Positions 33,815 to 49,068 of a stretch of DNA of 64,000 nt are shown here, piece after piece. Both the position numbers and the translations under genes were made by a program. The notes beneath the pieces were generated by a model. It was not told where the DNA came from, did not search any database, and worked only from the letters and a program-made list of their open reading frames with translations. The stretch is taken from assembly GCA_012295275.1 (NCBI GenBank), contig CM022671.1, positions 22,196,001-22,260,000 on the forward strand, given 5' to 3'. The stretch's first letter is position 1; each line of letters opens with the position of its first letter. Origin of the DNA: Chrysomallon squamiferum. Its lineage: Eukaryota; Animalia; Mollusca.

Positions 33815-35004
33815 GAAAACTGGAAAGTAGCTTTAATGTTATCTTTACTTTATTGTTAGCAAAGGTTGGGGATACAACACTATCATTTGGAAGTAAAGAA
33901 AAAGTATTGTTAGACTATGTGAATGGGCTGCCAAAGGTTCACTTTAAGGAAAATTAGATGTTGATTAATATTTGTGAAGTGTTTATTAAAGAATTATTAT
34001 AAATTGTTGTTCAGAAATTCAAATGTTTATTAAACTGTTGTGAAATACTTTTATACAGTTGAATAAAATTTTATTAAAAATTTGCTACGTCCTTGTAAGA
34101 TGATATTTTATGTTTTGTCAAAAATCTGGTAAATGTTTTTAAGAATTTATAAAAACAATTCTTCAGTTTCTGTAATCCTGGTGGGTATTTATTTTATTCT
34201 ATTTTTTTTTTTTTTTTTTGGACATAGTACAGATATTCACTTTTATATTTAAATGTTGTACCTGATTTATTTTATTGATACCATTTTTAATTATTAACAA
34301 CATCTGTGTAAAAGAAAATCCTTTTTAGAAATTTTCTTCAGATAATTGTGTTGTGTTATGAATGACCAAGGTCAAGTTGACCAATATACATGTATATATT
34401 TATTGTCCTCTCAGTATTGAATCCGTGAAATAAATTTAATAAGTTGTGTTAAAAAAAAAAAAATAAAAATCATTGGATAATAATATTTAATATAAATACT
34501 TTAACTATTAGTATTCCTTGTTGAGGATGATAAAACGAAATTTTCACAATTATATCAGTAAATCAGAATATGTGTTTATATATATATATAAATGTAACAT
34601 AAAAGTTAAAAATGATACTATACAGAATAAACTGTAAGAAAAATAATTCTTAATTAATATCATTGTTTTCTATGTTCTGCACATTCATATCGGTTTTGAA
34701 ATCATAGCTTTAAGTGTGTATTATTGCTTTAATAGAACTAGTCATACATTTGGGCACCATTTAGTATTGGCTGATACCATGGCTGTTAATTAACAACAAA
34801 TATGTAAAAGTGTAGGTGTGAATGTACTTGTTTTAGTATTTGTATTATAAGATGTCTCCTTGCCACGTAAAAAATTCTCGGAAATCTGAGTTGTTTATGT
34901 AGATATAAAAATTATTATTATTTTTTATTTTTTTTTTTACTAAATACTAAGACAACAATAAAATAATAAATGTTAATAAATAGATGACATAATAATTACA
35001 ATAA

Positions 35005-35036
<32 letters not shown>

Positions 35037-36020
35037 TTAGAAATCATAATAACTGCTACATCTTTAAATAATTAAATGATTAATTGCATTTATTTTCACA
35101 TTTTTATAATAATTCTTGATATTGACTGTTTCAGTGAAAATGTCAATATTTCAAAAAAAAAATAATGAAATATAAAAAGCATTATATATATACTTCAAAT
35201 GTCTGTATGTTTGTGTTGAGATATAGTTAAATACTAATCTTTCTTGATATTAATGATTTTATTTCATTTTTCTATTACATGGACATTTCATAATTTTTTC
35301 ATGTATGCTCTTGTTTATGTTTGTATATATACATAAAGTTGTATTTACCTGTTTCATATCTTAAATATCCGAACAAGCTGTAAATACATTATTATTCTGT
35401 ATATATAATTTAATTCATTGTATCTATTAAAAATTTAAAAAAAAAAAAAAAAATTAAAAATTATAATTACAATAAAATAATTAAAAGATATATATAAAAA
35501 AAACTAGAACAAAGAAAAAAATGTACATATTAATATTTATTTAGTACTTCTGTTATGTTTCAGGATTTAACTTAAAACTGAAAATTCTTCAAACTGCAGT
35601 TAGCTAATTGAAAGCACTTCCCTCAGACTCCCTTTATGTCAGTGGTTTGGATAATTTTTCAGAATAATTTCTCTAAATTTAATATAAATATTTAATATTT
35701 TTTTAATTTTTTTTTATAACATTTTAATCATTTTTTTTAAAACATTTTTTTTTATTATTTAGTTTTCATTTTTGAATGAAATGTAAGTTTAAACTATTAT
35801 ATGTAATTTTTTTATTTTTTATTATTTTTTTTTAATTTAAAACGGGTAGTAGTCAAACCAGTTAATGTTGTCCATTAAATATAAATTATTTTATCAAAAA
35901 TTTGTGTTATATTTGTTTTTATCAACACTTCATTTTGAAGGTCTGGTGTTTTGAATGATGAGGGTTCATGTGTGAATGTTTCTTATGAAAATAAACCAAT
36001 TCCTTACTGCAACATTATAT
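30276..36020 (+). other. Probable long BCAS3 3' UTR; candidate poly(A) signal AATAAA at 35990-35995 followed by a T-rich tract
   Basis: T-rich, CpG-poor like the gene body, no coding signal. Many other AATAAA occur, so the end is uncertain. Confidence 0.4.
33751..33846. repeat. Inverted repeat / hairpin with (TA)n loop
   Basis: ATTAAAGCTACTTTCCA (33761-33777) is the exact reverse complement of TGGAAAGTAGCTTTAAT (33821-33837); pairing extends both ways with mismatches. Confidence 0.85.
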
Positions 36021-36283
36021 TTGTTTTATTTTTATTTTTATTGTTCTTGCTCGCCAAATGGCTGCACCTTGACATCAGCAGTGACAATGAATAATCTCAT
36101 CCTTTTCTGCTCACCTTGAGCAATGTACGATACAGCTGCAAAGAAAACTTTGTAGCTACAGCTGAAAAAAAAATTGGTTAACTGTCCAGACAACTTCGTA
36201 AGAAGAAGAAAAAGTAGAAAAATAGAAGAAGAAGATCATTTTTGCTAAACTCAGTTGTAGTCATTACCCATAGAGAATCTTAG

Positions 36284-36315
<32 letters not shown>

Positions 36316-36830
36316 ATCCCGTTCAACTCAGTTTTTGTCCCTTACTACACACAGTGGTAATAGTGGTTTATAATAATTACTACTGATAATAAATAAATAC
36401 ATAAATGTCTTTCACTTGCATTGAATCATGAGAAAGGTTTTGCTTCATGGGTAAATGATCACGAAGATGTCATTCAGAGCATGCAGCAGCACTGGATCTG
36501 GAAAGTTTGGTTCATGATATTTATGAATTAATTCACTGTCCAGTAACTGAACTGGGAATTATTCTGACAGACTTAAAGTTAGCAAGTTAATAGTAAGTTA
36601 TCTTCAACACACTCTGTTCAGAAACCTTTTCATGTTTCATTCATAGCTAGGTTATTTCTAATATATATATATATATATACAGGCATTTTGGAAAATTTTA
36701 CATTCTGTTGTTAATAACACAAACAATCATTACTGATGAAATGACTGGGATTTAAAATTTAAAACATTCAATTATCCAGTTTTTTTAACTGATTATTTAA
36801 TTTTGATCTTTCAAAATATATGTATGTATA

Positions 36831-36878
<48 letters not shown>

Positions 36879-36894
36879 ACATGATATTTTTTAG

Positions 36895-36925
<31 letters not shown>

Positions 36926-37828
36926 TATTATTTTTCTTATGTAAAATGGGTTCATTTGTTATGAAGACGTAATATACATAATAATAATTACACGTGTTGC
37001 AGGTAACGTGAGAACATACAGGTACCTGTGGTGTGTTAAATGATGCCTGTAATTCAAAGTGATTTCTGGAACCAACATACGTCTGGCGATGGAAAGATGG
37101 AAAGTGGTGGTAATTATGATTGCTAGTTAGTCTGTTCCCAGGCTACAAATTCCACCTAACCTTTTGGTATCTGATGTACTTCCTCCCATAATCAGAGCAT
37201 TTTGTAAAAGCGGGCGCACCTTAAATCACTCTAACCCAATGCATAGGTGACTGGAAAATTATACACTTTGCAGCAGACCTCCAAACCCGACTCATTACTC
37301 GTGTATTTTCCACCATTATATGCCGTGACTCGAGAACATTCAGTTGTTGCCGACTCACGCCGTCTTATTACAAAACAGGCGTCGACGTCGGGTGCAACGT
37401 CACATAACCCTGACAGACTGTGGACGGAAATTTTACACTTGCCTTTTGTCTGCGCGGCTCTCGTCAAACAAATATTCTTGTCAGACGACAGACGGCCAAA
37501 TTCCCGCCAACACTTTGAACAAACGGGGCTTCAGGTAGGAGCGATTCAAACCGTCCATTATCCGATATCCGATCTACGAGTGTTCCGATAAATAGCGAGA
37601 AATGGGAAGGCTCGACGGAGAGGTGATCTGACAGCCGTGTGTGTTTTTATAAAGTCGTTCGTCGACGAACAAAAGCCGATCGCAGAGATTACATCAGCGG
37701 GTCGCGATCTGAAGAACTTCAAGGGGAACAGCTTGCAAAATGATCGTAGGTGTGAGACCCCGTTCTTTGTGGCAGGTACTCCGAGGCCACGCTGATACCT
37801 CTTAAAGTATATTTATATACTTGTGACG

Positions 37829-37866
<38 letters not shown>

Positions 37867-40089
37867 AGAACTGTTCTTGTGACCACCACCACCACCACCA
37901 CTACTACTACTACTACTAATAATAATAATACAGGTTTTGGATTCCTAAACGAAAACTTTTTTCCGATAGGCAGACATGTTTATACCTTACATTTTTTCTG
38001 AATGATTTGCGCAGACATACATTATTTTATGCACACAATTATAAGTGGGATAAAAAATATAAACGGACACTTCACATCCCAAGCATTTCGGATAAGAGAT
38101 TATCAACCAACACCACCACCACCAGAACCACCACCTCTACTGCTACTAGTAATAATTAAATTGTCTGTCGGTCTGCCTCTCACTCTCGTTTTTAAAAATA
38201 GTTTTAATGGATTAATTTTCTCAGATTTCATCTTGTTGCTCATGCGTCCATATATTTGACAGACTGAACACGAACATTCACATTGTTTTAAATTTCATTT
38301 AGACGTGTGACTTTTCAGTAAGTGTTTCATTAAGTAAATAACACACACAGTTTACATTTTATCAGTGACATCTATTTTCATTATTGCGTGCAAACAAACC
38401 TTGTTTTATATCCAGCTTTGCGAACAATATTTACAAATCATGATTATTCCAATAAAAAAAGTTATTTTTTTAACTGGTAGAAAATTGATAAAAGGTGATT
38501 AATAAATGATTTTAAAAATATCGGTAAATATCTTATATTCCGATGAAAATTTAAAAAAAAAAAAAAAAAATTAAAAATAAAAATAGACGTAAGGTACAGA
38601 TATAGATAAACAGAAATATATATATATATATATATAGAAGAGTAAGGTAGAGAGATAGATAAAGAGATATATAGAGAGAGAGAGAGAGAGATCTCGCCAG
38701 ATAAGCAGATCAACAGACATTGTTTTTTTTGTAAATAAGCAATTCCTTTACGTTCATTATTCAATACACACAGGACACACGCAGGCACATACAAACCACA
38801 AACATATGCGCAAATGGAGTATATGGAGATAACACAAACACTAATGAGTGTTACGCTTCGTCAGTGCGCATGACACAGTGCATACATGTCTCGTAATAGC
38901 TCTGGTGTTATTTTTCAATTGATTCAGTATATTAATTCCCGACAATTTCGATTTATATTACATATGATAAACTGAGTGGCAAAACCATTAGTTATATAAT
39001 CCAATACAAACAGGAGATTATTAATATTTCTCGTATTCACTTTTGTGCGACATTTATCTGTGAATATTGTCCGATTTTCGTTTCATATTATATTTCTTCT
39101 TCTTTTCTATTATTTTTTTTTTTAAGGAAGTAAGATACACAGATACATATATATACACAAACGTAAAAAATAGAAGAATGCATAATAATAATAATAATAA
39201 CAACAACAATAATAATAATATGTTGGTTCTTAATAATATTTATAATAAATCGCTTGAACAATTAGACAATTTTATAACTGTTACCTTACTGTATAAGTTT
39301 GAATCTATTATGATACTACAACGTTTACAAACAAAAAGCTTGCATCACACATCAATATATATATTGTTTTTTTTTTTTTAAAAAAAAAAAAAGAGAAAAC
39401 AAACAACAAAAGAAAAACCTTATCTGAACACGTGTTTCGTCTTCCGGTCTACGTCACACAAACCAGTGCCACACGTTTCTTTGTATTGAGTTGCATTTGA
39501 CGAGTTTTACATGTAATCGCAGCACTTTGCGACTACTTAAATTAAAACGGTTATCAATCATTTACGTAACTCGTAATAAACAGCGTAAATAGAAGACTGG
39601 ACTGATACTAACAAAAACACCGATACCGTAACGTCATGGTGGCTTGGTGCTTAGAAATAATGATTACGATGCATTCGTATGTGATGTATAAGTGATGCGA
39701 AGAAAAAAAAAAATAAAACAATAAAAAATAAAAAAAAAATAAAGAAATAAAAAAAAAATAAAAAAAAAATAAAATAAATAAAAGTAAGAAAAAAAAAAAA
39801 TTAAAAAAAATATGCGACGGAAAATTTTAATCAATCCATCATCAAGCTAATTTATATTTAAAAATAGAACCTTTAATATATTTTTTATATGTTCATATGT
39901 TCGTGGAGGAAAATCAAAAGTTTAATGTATATGATGCATGTTTGTATTACGTACGTACGTACGCATCTTGGTATTTACGTATTTATATATATGGGTGTGT
40001 GAGTCTGTGTTTGTATTAATGTGTATTCTGTTTCTGAGAATGTATATCTTTATGTATGTGCATATGAAAATATCTATGTGTGTCTTAAT

Positions 40090-40125
<36 letters not shown>

Positions 40126-40620
40126 TGCGTGAATCTACATATCTTCATCTTCTAGTCATTGTCAAAAATCAGTTCACAGATGCTGCATCAGTCTCTTAGC
40201 CTGGTTTTTACAGGAAATTAAAAATGCCATTTTCCAGTATTAAAACTTCCCATTAGCAGCAGACATACCTGTGAAAACTGGACGTGTTTTCTGTTACGTA
40301 AACAACGGATCCGTTCTGTGGCGTGTTGTGTTTAACTGATGTGTGTGTTTATTTTAGTCGAGTTAGAGTTTTCACTCAGCTCTTCCACTATTGCATTAAA
40401 CATTTAATTGTGGGTTTTTTATACGCTATCAGGCTTTCGTGATACCTTGCATTTAAAAAAAAAAAAATTTAAATAAAATAAAAATAAAAATCTGAGGACG
40501 ATGTAAAGATTATTAAATAAGTACTTTTTTGAAAATATATACATACAGTTTTAATTAGTTTTTAGTAGATGTCATTTCGGACTGGATTTAAATGAATGAA
40601 GTTTATCTAGTCTTCACGTA

Positions 40621-40676
<56 letters not shown>

Positions 40677-40685
40677 TAAATAAAA

Positions 40686-40720
<35 letters not shown>

Positions 40721-41378
40721 ATATATATATACACACACACACACACCTACAAATACACGCATACATATTTTCATAACATACATATTAAAATAAATGTTTC
40801 AGACTATTTGATAGCCATTAACATTTTGAAAGTTATCTTTCAAGCCCAAGGTTGCTTGAGGATAAACGGGTGTGTCTGAAACTGAAACCCCGAAATTCTG
40901 CCAGACCGCAAAAAGAGATGGAGTTACATACTAAAGACTGACGTTTCTGTTTCGTACGGCCCGCACTGCAGCGGCTTCTTAAGTACCCATATACATCGCC
41001 ACCGCATCGTTCCAACGAATTTAACAACGTCGGCATTACTGGGACAATATTAGTGCATGGACGCCGTTTACTTCACGTCATAATTGGGTTCATTTCTTCG
41101 AAATTGCAGAGGTGTGTCCGATACCCGCACGCGAGTCTTCAAATCTCGTCAAATCTCGCTGCCTGTGGCGCTGATCACAACCTTGCAGGAAATGGTTTCG
41201 ATAACTACCGTTATCAACGCCTTGTCAATGCCCGCTAAGTATTAACTGAAACGTACCAAGTTGCGTGATGGTCATAATTACAATTCTAGCACAATATGAA
41301 AAAAAAAAAAAAAAAAAAAAAGAAAAGAGAGGAGGAAACCCTTCTTTTTCTCGATCTTTTCTTGTTGTTATTGTTGTA

Positions 41379-41438
<60 letters not shown>

Positions 41439-41546
41439 TTTAAATACCATAATGAGCAAATTTTCACGTAATTCTAAAACGATGGACAATTTATTTTATT
41501 TTTGACTAAGTTTTTTTGGAATGAAATTCAAACACAACGATGTGGG

Positions 41547-41581
<35 letters not shown>

Positions 41582-41933
41582 TAAAAAAAAAAAAAAAAAA
41601 GATACATTTTTTCTTCTTTTTTTTCTTTTTTGGCAACATGTTACCATGGCGTGATAAAGGTCTTTGGTTTCATGAATTTGCGCAATTACGTATGCTTTGT
41701 GATAATGGTAAAAGCAGATACCGGTCATTTATTTATTTAAATAGCCGCCACTTGTCTTTATTTTTATCACATATGCAATCACTGAAATAATATAGTCCAA
41801 TTTAGACTGAAATTGTAGGGTAAGGGTTATATGGTGAATGGGTGTATTCCTTCAATATTACTTCGTTGATGGTGCGGATGTAAATAGTTTGTTAAACTGG
41901 TATTAAAGGAAGGAAATCGATGCTTTCATGATA

Positions 41934-41979
<46 letters not shown>

Positions 41980-42010
41980 TTAATAATAATAATAATAATA
42001 ATTAATAATA

Positions 42011-42075
<65 letters not shown>

Positions 42076-42186
42076 AGCCTTTGTCATATATATAAATAAA
42101 AACAATATTATTTCTTTATTTTTAACGTTTGTAACTAAACTGTTTTATGCTGATTTTACTGGGAAAAGATGCAGTACAGTAAGGAC

Positions 42187-42225
<39 letters not shown>

Positions 42226-43088
42226 TACTACTATTATTACTATTATTATTATTACTATTATTATTATTACTACTATTATTACTATTACTATTATTATTAC
42301 TACTACTATTATTAATATTATTATTATTACTATTATTATTAAAAATATCACTAAGAGTTAGATAAAACACAGTATTTCATACACTATAGATAAAAGTTAT
42401 CTGATTTTCTTTTTCACTATTTTTCTCTTGAATTTTCTCTCGTTACCAAGTAATTGGATATCTCGTTTCTTTGAGAGAGCAAACCTTTTGAAACACCCTG
42501 AACAACTTTTAACGCCCATTTATTGAACAAATATTTAGATCGGTGTTGTATCGAGGCTTTTTAGATTTTCCTTCATAAAACCACACACGTACATCGACTT
42601 GCAAGAACCCCGTTTAACCTTAAACAGCAGCCTTTTGTAATAAAGCACGATTTGATGAAATCCATGCATTTATGACATTTTCCTTCAGTGCGGTCCTGCT
42701 CTTGAACAAATATTTACTGCGGTACTGCCATTGATCTCAAGAAACGCTTTTCCTTTCCGCCGACAACATAAAGTTTTACTGAATGCAGTTATATATTGAT
42801 TTAATCGCAGAACTAGCTTAGAAAACAGTTTAAAATCCCTTTACACTGCACGCCATAACTAAACAATATATTTTATGTGTATTTTTTTTCTTTCTTTTTT
42901 ACTCTTTATTTTTGGTTTGTCTTTACGTGAAACCTCATTTTATGGTGGAAGTTACAAAAGATTAAAAGAGTGATAGTTTAAACAGTGGTTTCAGAAACTG
43001 GTTTCAGTCATTCTCACCTAAGTCATTCTGGAGTTTTTAATTCTCAAGCTAATAACATCCTGCTTCTGAAAATATCACACCATTACGT

Positions 43089-43130
<42 letters not shown>

Positions 43131-43145
43131 ATTTCGTGTATTATC

Positions 43146-43180
<35 letters not shown>

Positions 43181-43854
43181 TAATAGTAGTAGTAGTGGTA
43201 GTAGTACTATGAAAAAGATAGTTTTTAATTGTATTACTTTAATATTATCATTCGTTAACAACTTAGTCTTGTCGATCAAAATTAAAAATAAAAAAAAATA
43301 ATAATAAGTATAAAAACCCGACAACAACGACAACAACAACAATAATAATAATAAATCTACAAAAACACAACAACAACAACAACAACAAACAACCAGCAAA
43401 CAAAAACAAAAAGAGCAACAACAACAACAACAACAAAAAACCAAACAAAAAAACCAACAACAACCGAACTTTAAGCTGTACAGAATATAATCAAACTATT
43501 TATTTGTATCACGAAAGGTTTATTCTCAGATTTGAAAGAGCCTCCTGAAATAGCCAGAAGTCAGAGGGATGTTAATGAATCCTGCTTTTAACTTAAGCAA
43601 GATTCAGATCCAGGACCTGCCCCGGCTCTCGGGACCCTGAGTACTACAACAACAACAACTACAACAACAACGACAACAACAACAATTACTACTACTACAA
43701 TTGCTGCTGCTTCTGCCATTATTACTACCACTGCTACTACTCTTTCTACTCCAACTGCTACGACCACTGAGACTAGAACTAACTTTGACCCTACTGTAAA
43801 TGATTTCAGTAATAATAATAATAATGATGATGATGATAATGATGATAATAATAA

Positions 43855-43935
<81 letters not shown>

Positions 43936-44476
43936 CAACAACAACAATGATAATAATAAACAGCCAAAGACATGTCGTTCGAGTTAATTTCCAGAATACC
44001 AATTAAGTAAAAATGTCTCATCTAAATCATGTATGCAGGAACAGCTTCAGGAACGATTTCTAACAACTCGGAGGAAACCTGAAGCCTGGATTCTCAGAAT
44101 TTTACATGCAGCACGATCAGGTAATAGCATTTTCCGTGCAACACCTGTCAACCTGTAAACTCAGACAGGTAATTATCTCACGCTACCCATGTATTTGTGA
44201 AAACTATAGCGTTGATGGAAAGACAGCAGCGGAAGAAAAGACCAAAACACATTAATAGGTTTGGATCAGTTCGTATACCGCTAAGATGATTAATGTGTTA
44301 ATACTTTTTTTTGATGTCGTTTTTGAGGTCTGTTGAAGCGTATGATGTAGTTATTTATTATTATCCAGTGTATGTATGTATTTTTTTTTTCTTTTCTTCT
44401 CTGTATTATGCTGTTAGGAAATATAATACAGTTTTGATATTGTGTTTTGTTTTCACCTAACACTTCATTTTCTATT

Positions 44477-44512
<36 letters not shown>

Positions 44513-45216
44513 ATAATAATAATACTGTTAACAGGATCTAGGTAAGAATCGGATATGATTGTCCATCGGAAATATATCACATTTTGGTATTTTTCTAGTC
44601 TGAGTTCCAGCGTTTGCTGATATCATCACGTTCTTCACGTTCTTCACGTCTTTGTCTATGTTTTCCACTCTCCCACCCCGTATTACAGTTCTGCGACACT
44701 GACTTTTAGTTCCTTCCACCCGCATCGGTAAGCGCAACCCACAGACATGTTTGATTTTTTTTTGTTGGTTTTTTTTATTTTATTTTTTTTATGAATTTTT
44801 TTTTTTTTTTTTTTTGTTTGTTGTAAAATTGAGACATCGACGCCAATTCGAACGACTCGGCCGCCATCTTTAGACGTTTGGACCATTTATAACAATTTAG
44901 CAGTGTTGGCTTACAACTCATCTCGCTGAAATTACAGGCTTCTGCGAGCGCGGCCGAAACTGATACCCAGCCTTTTGTTCAGCGAGGCGGAAACGTTCAT
45001 CAGCCAGAGAGAAGTAAGCGTTAATCCGGTTTTTATCACGGTTTGGCGATGCTATCGTCCAAGATAACACAGAACGGTTTCCGACAAATTGCTGGCTGTT
45101 TGGGATAATATTTTGCGAATTAGTTTGGTTGAAAAAATATATTGATCTGTTGAATGTTATCAGGACCGCTTTGAAGCTTTGTGTGTGTGTGTGTGTGTGT
45201 GTGTGTTAGTTTGAGT

Positions 45217-45256
<40 letters not shown>

Positions 45257-45349
45257 TGAGAAGAGAGAGAGAGAGACAAAGAAAGACATGGAGAGAGTAA
45301 GCGAGAGACAGCTGGCAGAGAAAGAGAGAAAGTGACATATATATATATA

Positions 45350-45573
45350 CAGGGTGTCCACAAAGTCTGGGTACATGGGGAATTTTACTATGTTATTTAT
45401 TTATGTTATTTTTCTTACCAGATCGAATGATGGCTCTGTCTAAAGAATTATGCATTGAAAGTGATGGAAATCATATTGAAAACATTATTTATTAACATTA
45501 GAATTAAATAAAGCTATTTTATTTTAAAAGTATGTGTTAATCCCTTATGTACCCAGACTTTGTGGACACCCTG
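45350..45573 (+). mobile_element. 224-bp non-autonomous Tc1/mariner-type element (MITE / internal deletion derivative)
   Basis: Perfect 27-bp TIRs CAGGGTGTCCACAAAGTCTGGGTACAT (45350-45376; reverse complement at 45547-45573), TA on both flanks within a (TA)n run, residual transposase-like C-terminal peptide. Confidence 0.92.
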
Positions 45574-45588
45574 TATATATATATATAT

Positions 45589-45698
<110 letters not shown>

Positions 45699-46116
45699 CT
45701 ATAATCATAGCATAAATAAAAACAAAATAAAAGGAAAGTAACGTTTATGTTAAATGAACTGACGCTGAAAAAGAAAAGTCCTTTAAGTCAGATACAAGTA
45801 AACAAAATTTCTCTTTTCTGAATATTTTGAATTCCTATCATATATATGTTTATGTGTATATATGTGTGTACGCGAGTATATAAGTATTTTTGTATGTATG
45901 CATGTGTAGTCAGGTATATAATACAGTAGTAGTAGTGTTAGTAATAATAGTAGTAATAATATTAATAGTGATAAAAGATCATTCTCAAGATTATAATAAC
46001 AACTAACATAACAAATAAATATCTACGGACTCTTGACTCTGTGGATGCCTACGTTTCCCATGCACCATCACCAGCTCTTCCCTCATTACATTCAGTTCTT
46101 TGATTACACATATTTT

Positions 46117-46166
<50 letters not shown>

Positions 46167-47383
46167 TCACCTCTTTATTATTATAAAACAATATATCTAA
46201 TATTATCTCATTTAATAAGTGTGTGTGTGTGTGTGTGTAAATTGTAAGTGATATAATGTTAGATATCTTGTTCTATAACAAATGACGTTGAGGAATGATA
46301 ACTTATAAGTTTTTATTAAAAAAATTGGTTTGCTCAGACTGAATACTGTATACATTGGGGTCTTTTGTGACATGATTTAATATGATGATATTAGGGTTTT
46401 GGGGGATAGACTCGCTGGCTTACATATAACACAGCAGCTAAAGAAAAATAAATTGATCTGAGATCACATATATTAAATTAGTAAGATAATACAGTGCGGA
46501 GGATTGAAGAAAAGAGGAGAACAGAAATATATACAACTAACTAACTAACTAACTAACTAAATAAATAAAATAGAATAAACTTTAAAAAATTATAAATGTG
46601 TATAAAAAAAAAGAGAAAAAAAGAAGAAGAGCAAAGCACTAACAACAATCTACCAGACAAAACAAAACAAAAAACAAATTGCAGTCTGAACTTTTACACA
46701 TATCTAGACAAGACGGATGCGAAGACCACCAAAGTTTACAACGATTAGCTGATCTGCATTGACTAATCTTGTTTGAAGAATTCAGATCGAGTGATAATTG
46801 ACAATACTCTTGAAGTCTGTCGCAGACGAGATATATCTCATATCAAAATTCGCACCCGGCGACTGGAAAACAGTATCAAACCATTCTCACCTCCTTGCAT
46901 GGGAGAGCGCATTATTCTAACTCTGCGGCGTGGAGAGTTACCTATTCATAACCAGCGGTCTCGGAATGGTCTGTTTTCATTCGTGCGACCAGTGGGCGAC
47001 ACAACGAAACAAAAACAATCTTTAACACGCAGATTTTAACAAACATATAAACACCAGCAGTCACGGAAAACGCTGGGAGATTAGTAACGGAAATACAGAT
47101 AAATTGTTCTGGTCGCCACACTAAAAGGATTTAGCATAAAAATTTAAGCGACGTTTGGTTTTACAGATATGTTTGTTGTTGTTGTTGTTATTACAATTTG
47201 TGTTGTGCCATGGTTGATGAAAAAATTAAAAAAATTGATGAAATGAATTTTTTTGCGTTTAAAACAGTAATGGTTTACACCTTGTGTTCTATTGTGTTGT
47301 TTTTTTTGTTTTGTTTTTTAAATGATAAAAATTAATGATTTAAAAAAAAAATGATTAGAACATTATAAAATAACAATAATAAC

Positions 47384-47429
<46 letters not shown>

Positions 47430-47546
47430 CGACAATAACAACAACAACAATAATAAAACAATACTAATATACACTTTAAAAAAATCGAAATATATATAAT
47501 TTAATTTCCTAAAGAGCACAGATAATAATAATAATAATAATAATAA

Positions 47547-47614
<68 letters not shown>

Positions 47615-48011
47615 TAATAATGACGATGATGATGACGATGATAATAATAATAATAAAGAAAATAACGATAATAATGAAGATGATGATCATTTCTTTAGAC
47701 GTTAGTAATAATAACGATGATTATGATGTAGCAATAATTTTAATCATCATCTTAATCATCATTATCATCATCGTTACTGCCGTTTTCATCATCACAGCAA
47801 CTGAAAGCAGGTGGTGGCTTCCTTGTTGTAATTACTGTGTCGGTTTCGTATTACACTCAGCACTGAGTACACTAAACTTTTATTTCCTGCCGATTGAATT
47901 ATTTACTGCAATTCAAAAAAGGATTTGCATTGCATTCATACAATAATCAAAGAAATAATGAAATTAAGAAAGAAATGAAAAAATTTACATTAACGAATTA
48001 AAAGCACAAAT

Positions 48012-48079
<68 letters not shown>

Positions 48080-48831
48080 TAGAAAATGTTTACCTATTTC
48101 TTGAATTATCTTTAATTATTTTTTTTTCATTTTAAAGGCAATAATAGAAATAATAAAACCCAAAATATAGAGCTACGAAATATATATATTTAAAAAGTCA
48201 ATAAATCAATAAATCAGTCAATCAGTCAATTAAACAGTCATCAATAATAGTATTTTTATAATAAATAAATAAGTAAATAAATAAATGTTTATAATAAATA
48301 AATAAATATTTATAATAAATAAATAAATATTTATAATAAATAAATAAATAAAAATAATAATTATAAATAAAAATAATAAATAAATAAAAATACAAATTTT
48401 AAATATTGTATGAATTAAAAAATAATAGAAAATTCAAAGAATTATTAGTAAACACTTTCTTTCTAACACACACATTAACGCAGACAAACTAATTAATAAT
48501 AAGAACATTTTTGTTAATATTTGGATGGGTAGAATTTTATATAAAATGTTGTATTATTAAATATATTTTATTCCGTTGAATTAAGGATTAAGTTCTATAT
48601 TATAATGCAGTTTAATCTTATATAAATGGAATTAAACATTCTCAAAAACAGAACAGAAATATTTATTAATCAGAACCAGAACTGTATTATTTATTAAAGT
48701 TATAATCTGTTTTATTATCTTTAAATTATAGCCATTTTAATAACTACCTATCATCTTATAATAAACAAACAAACGAACGAACGAATTAATAAATAAACAT
48801 AGAGAAGTGATAATACCCACATCGGTAATGT

Positions 48832-48898
48832 ATAATAATGATGATGACGATGATGATGATGATGATAATAATAAATAATAAATAAATAATTAAATAAA

Positions 48899-48987
<89 letters not shown>

Positions 48988-49037
48988 AAGAAGAAGAAGA
49001 AGAAGAAGAAGAAGAAGAAGAAGAAGAAGAAGAACAA

Positions 49038-49068
<31 letters not shown>

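Noticed and set aside
37231-37591. ORFs of 64-114 aa in the first desert island
   Set aside because: No family similarity or coherent exon chain; treated as non-coding
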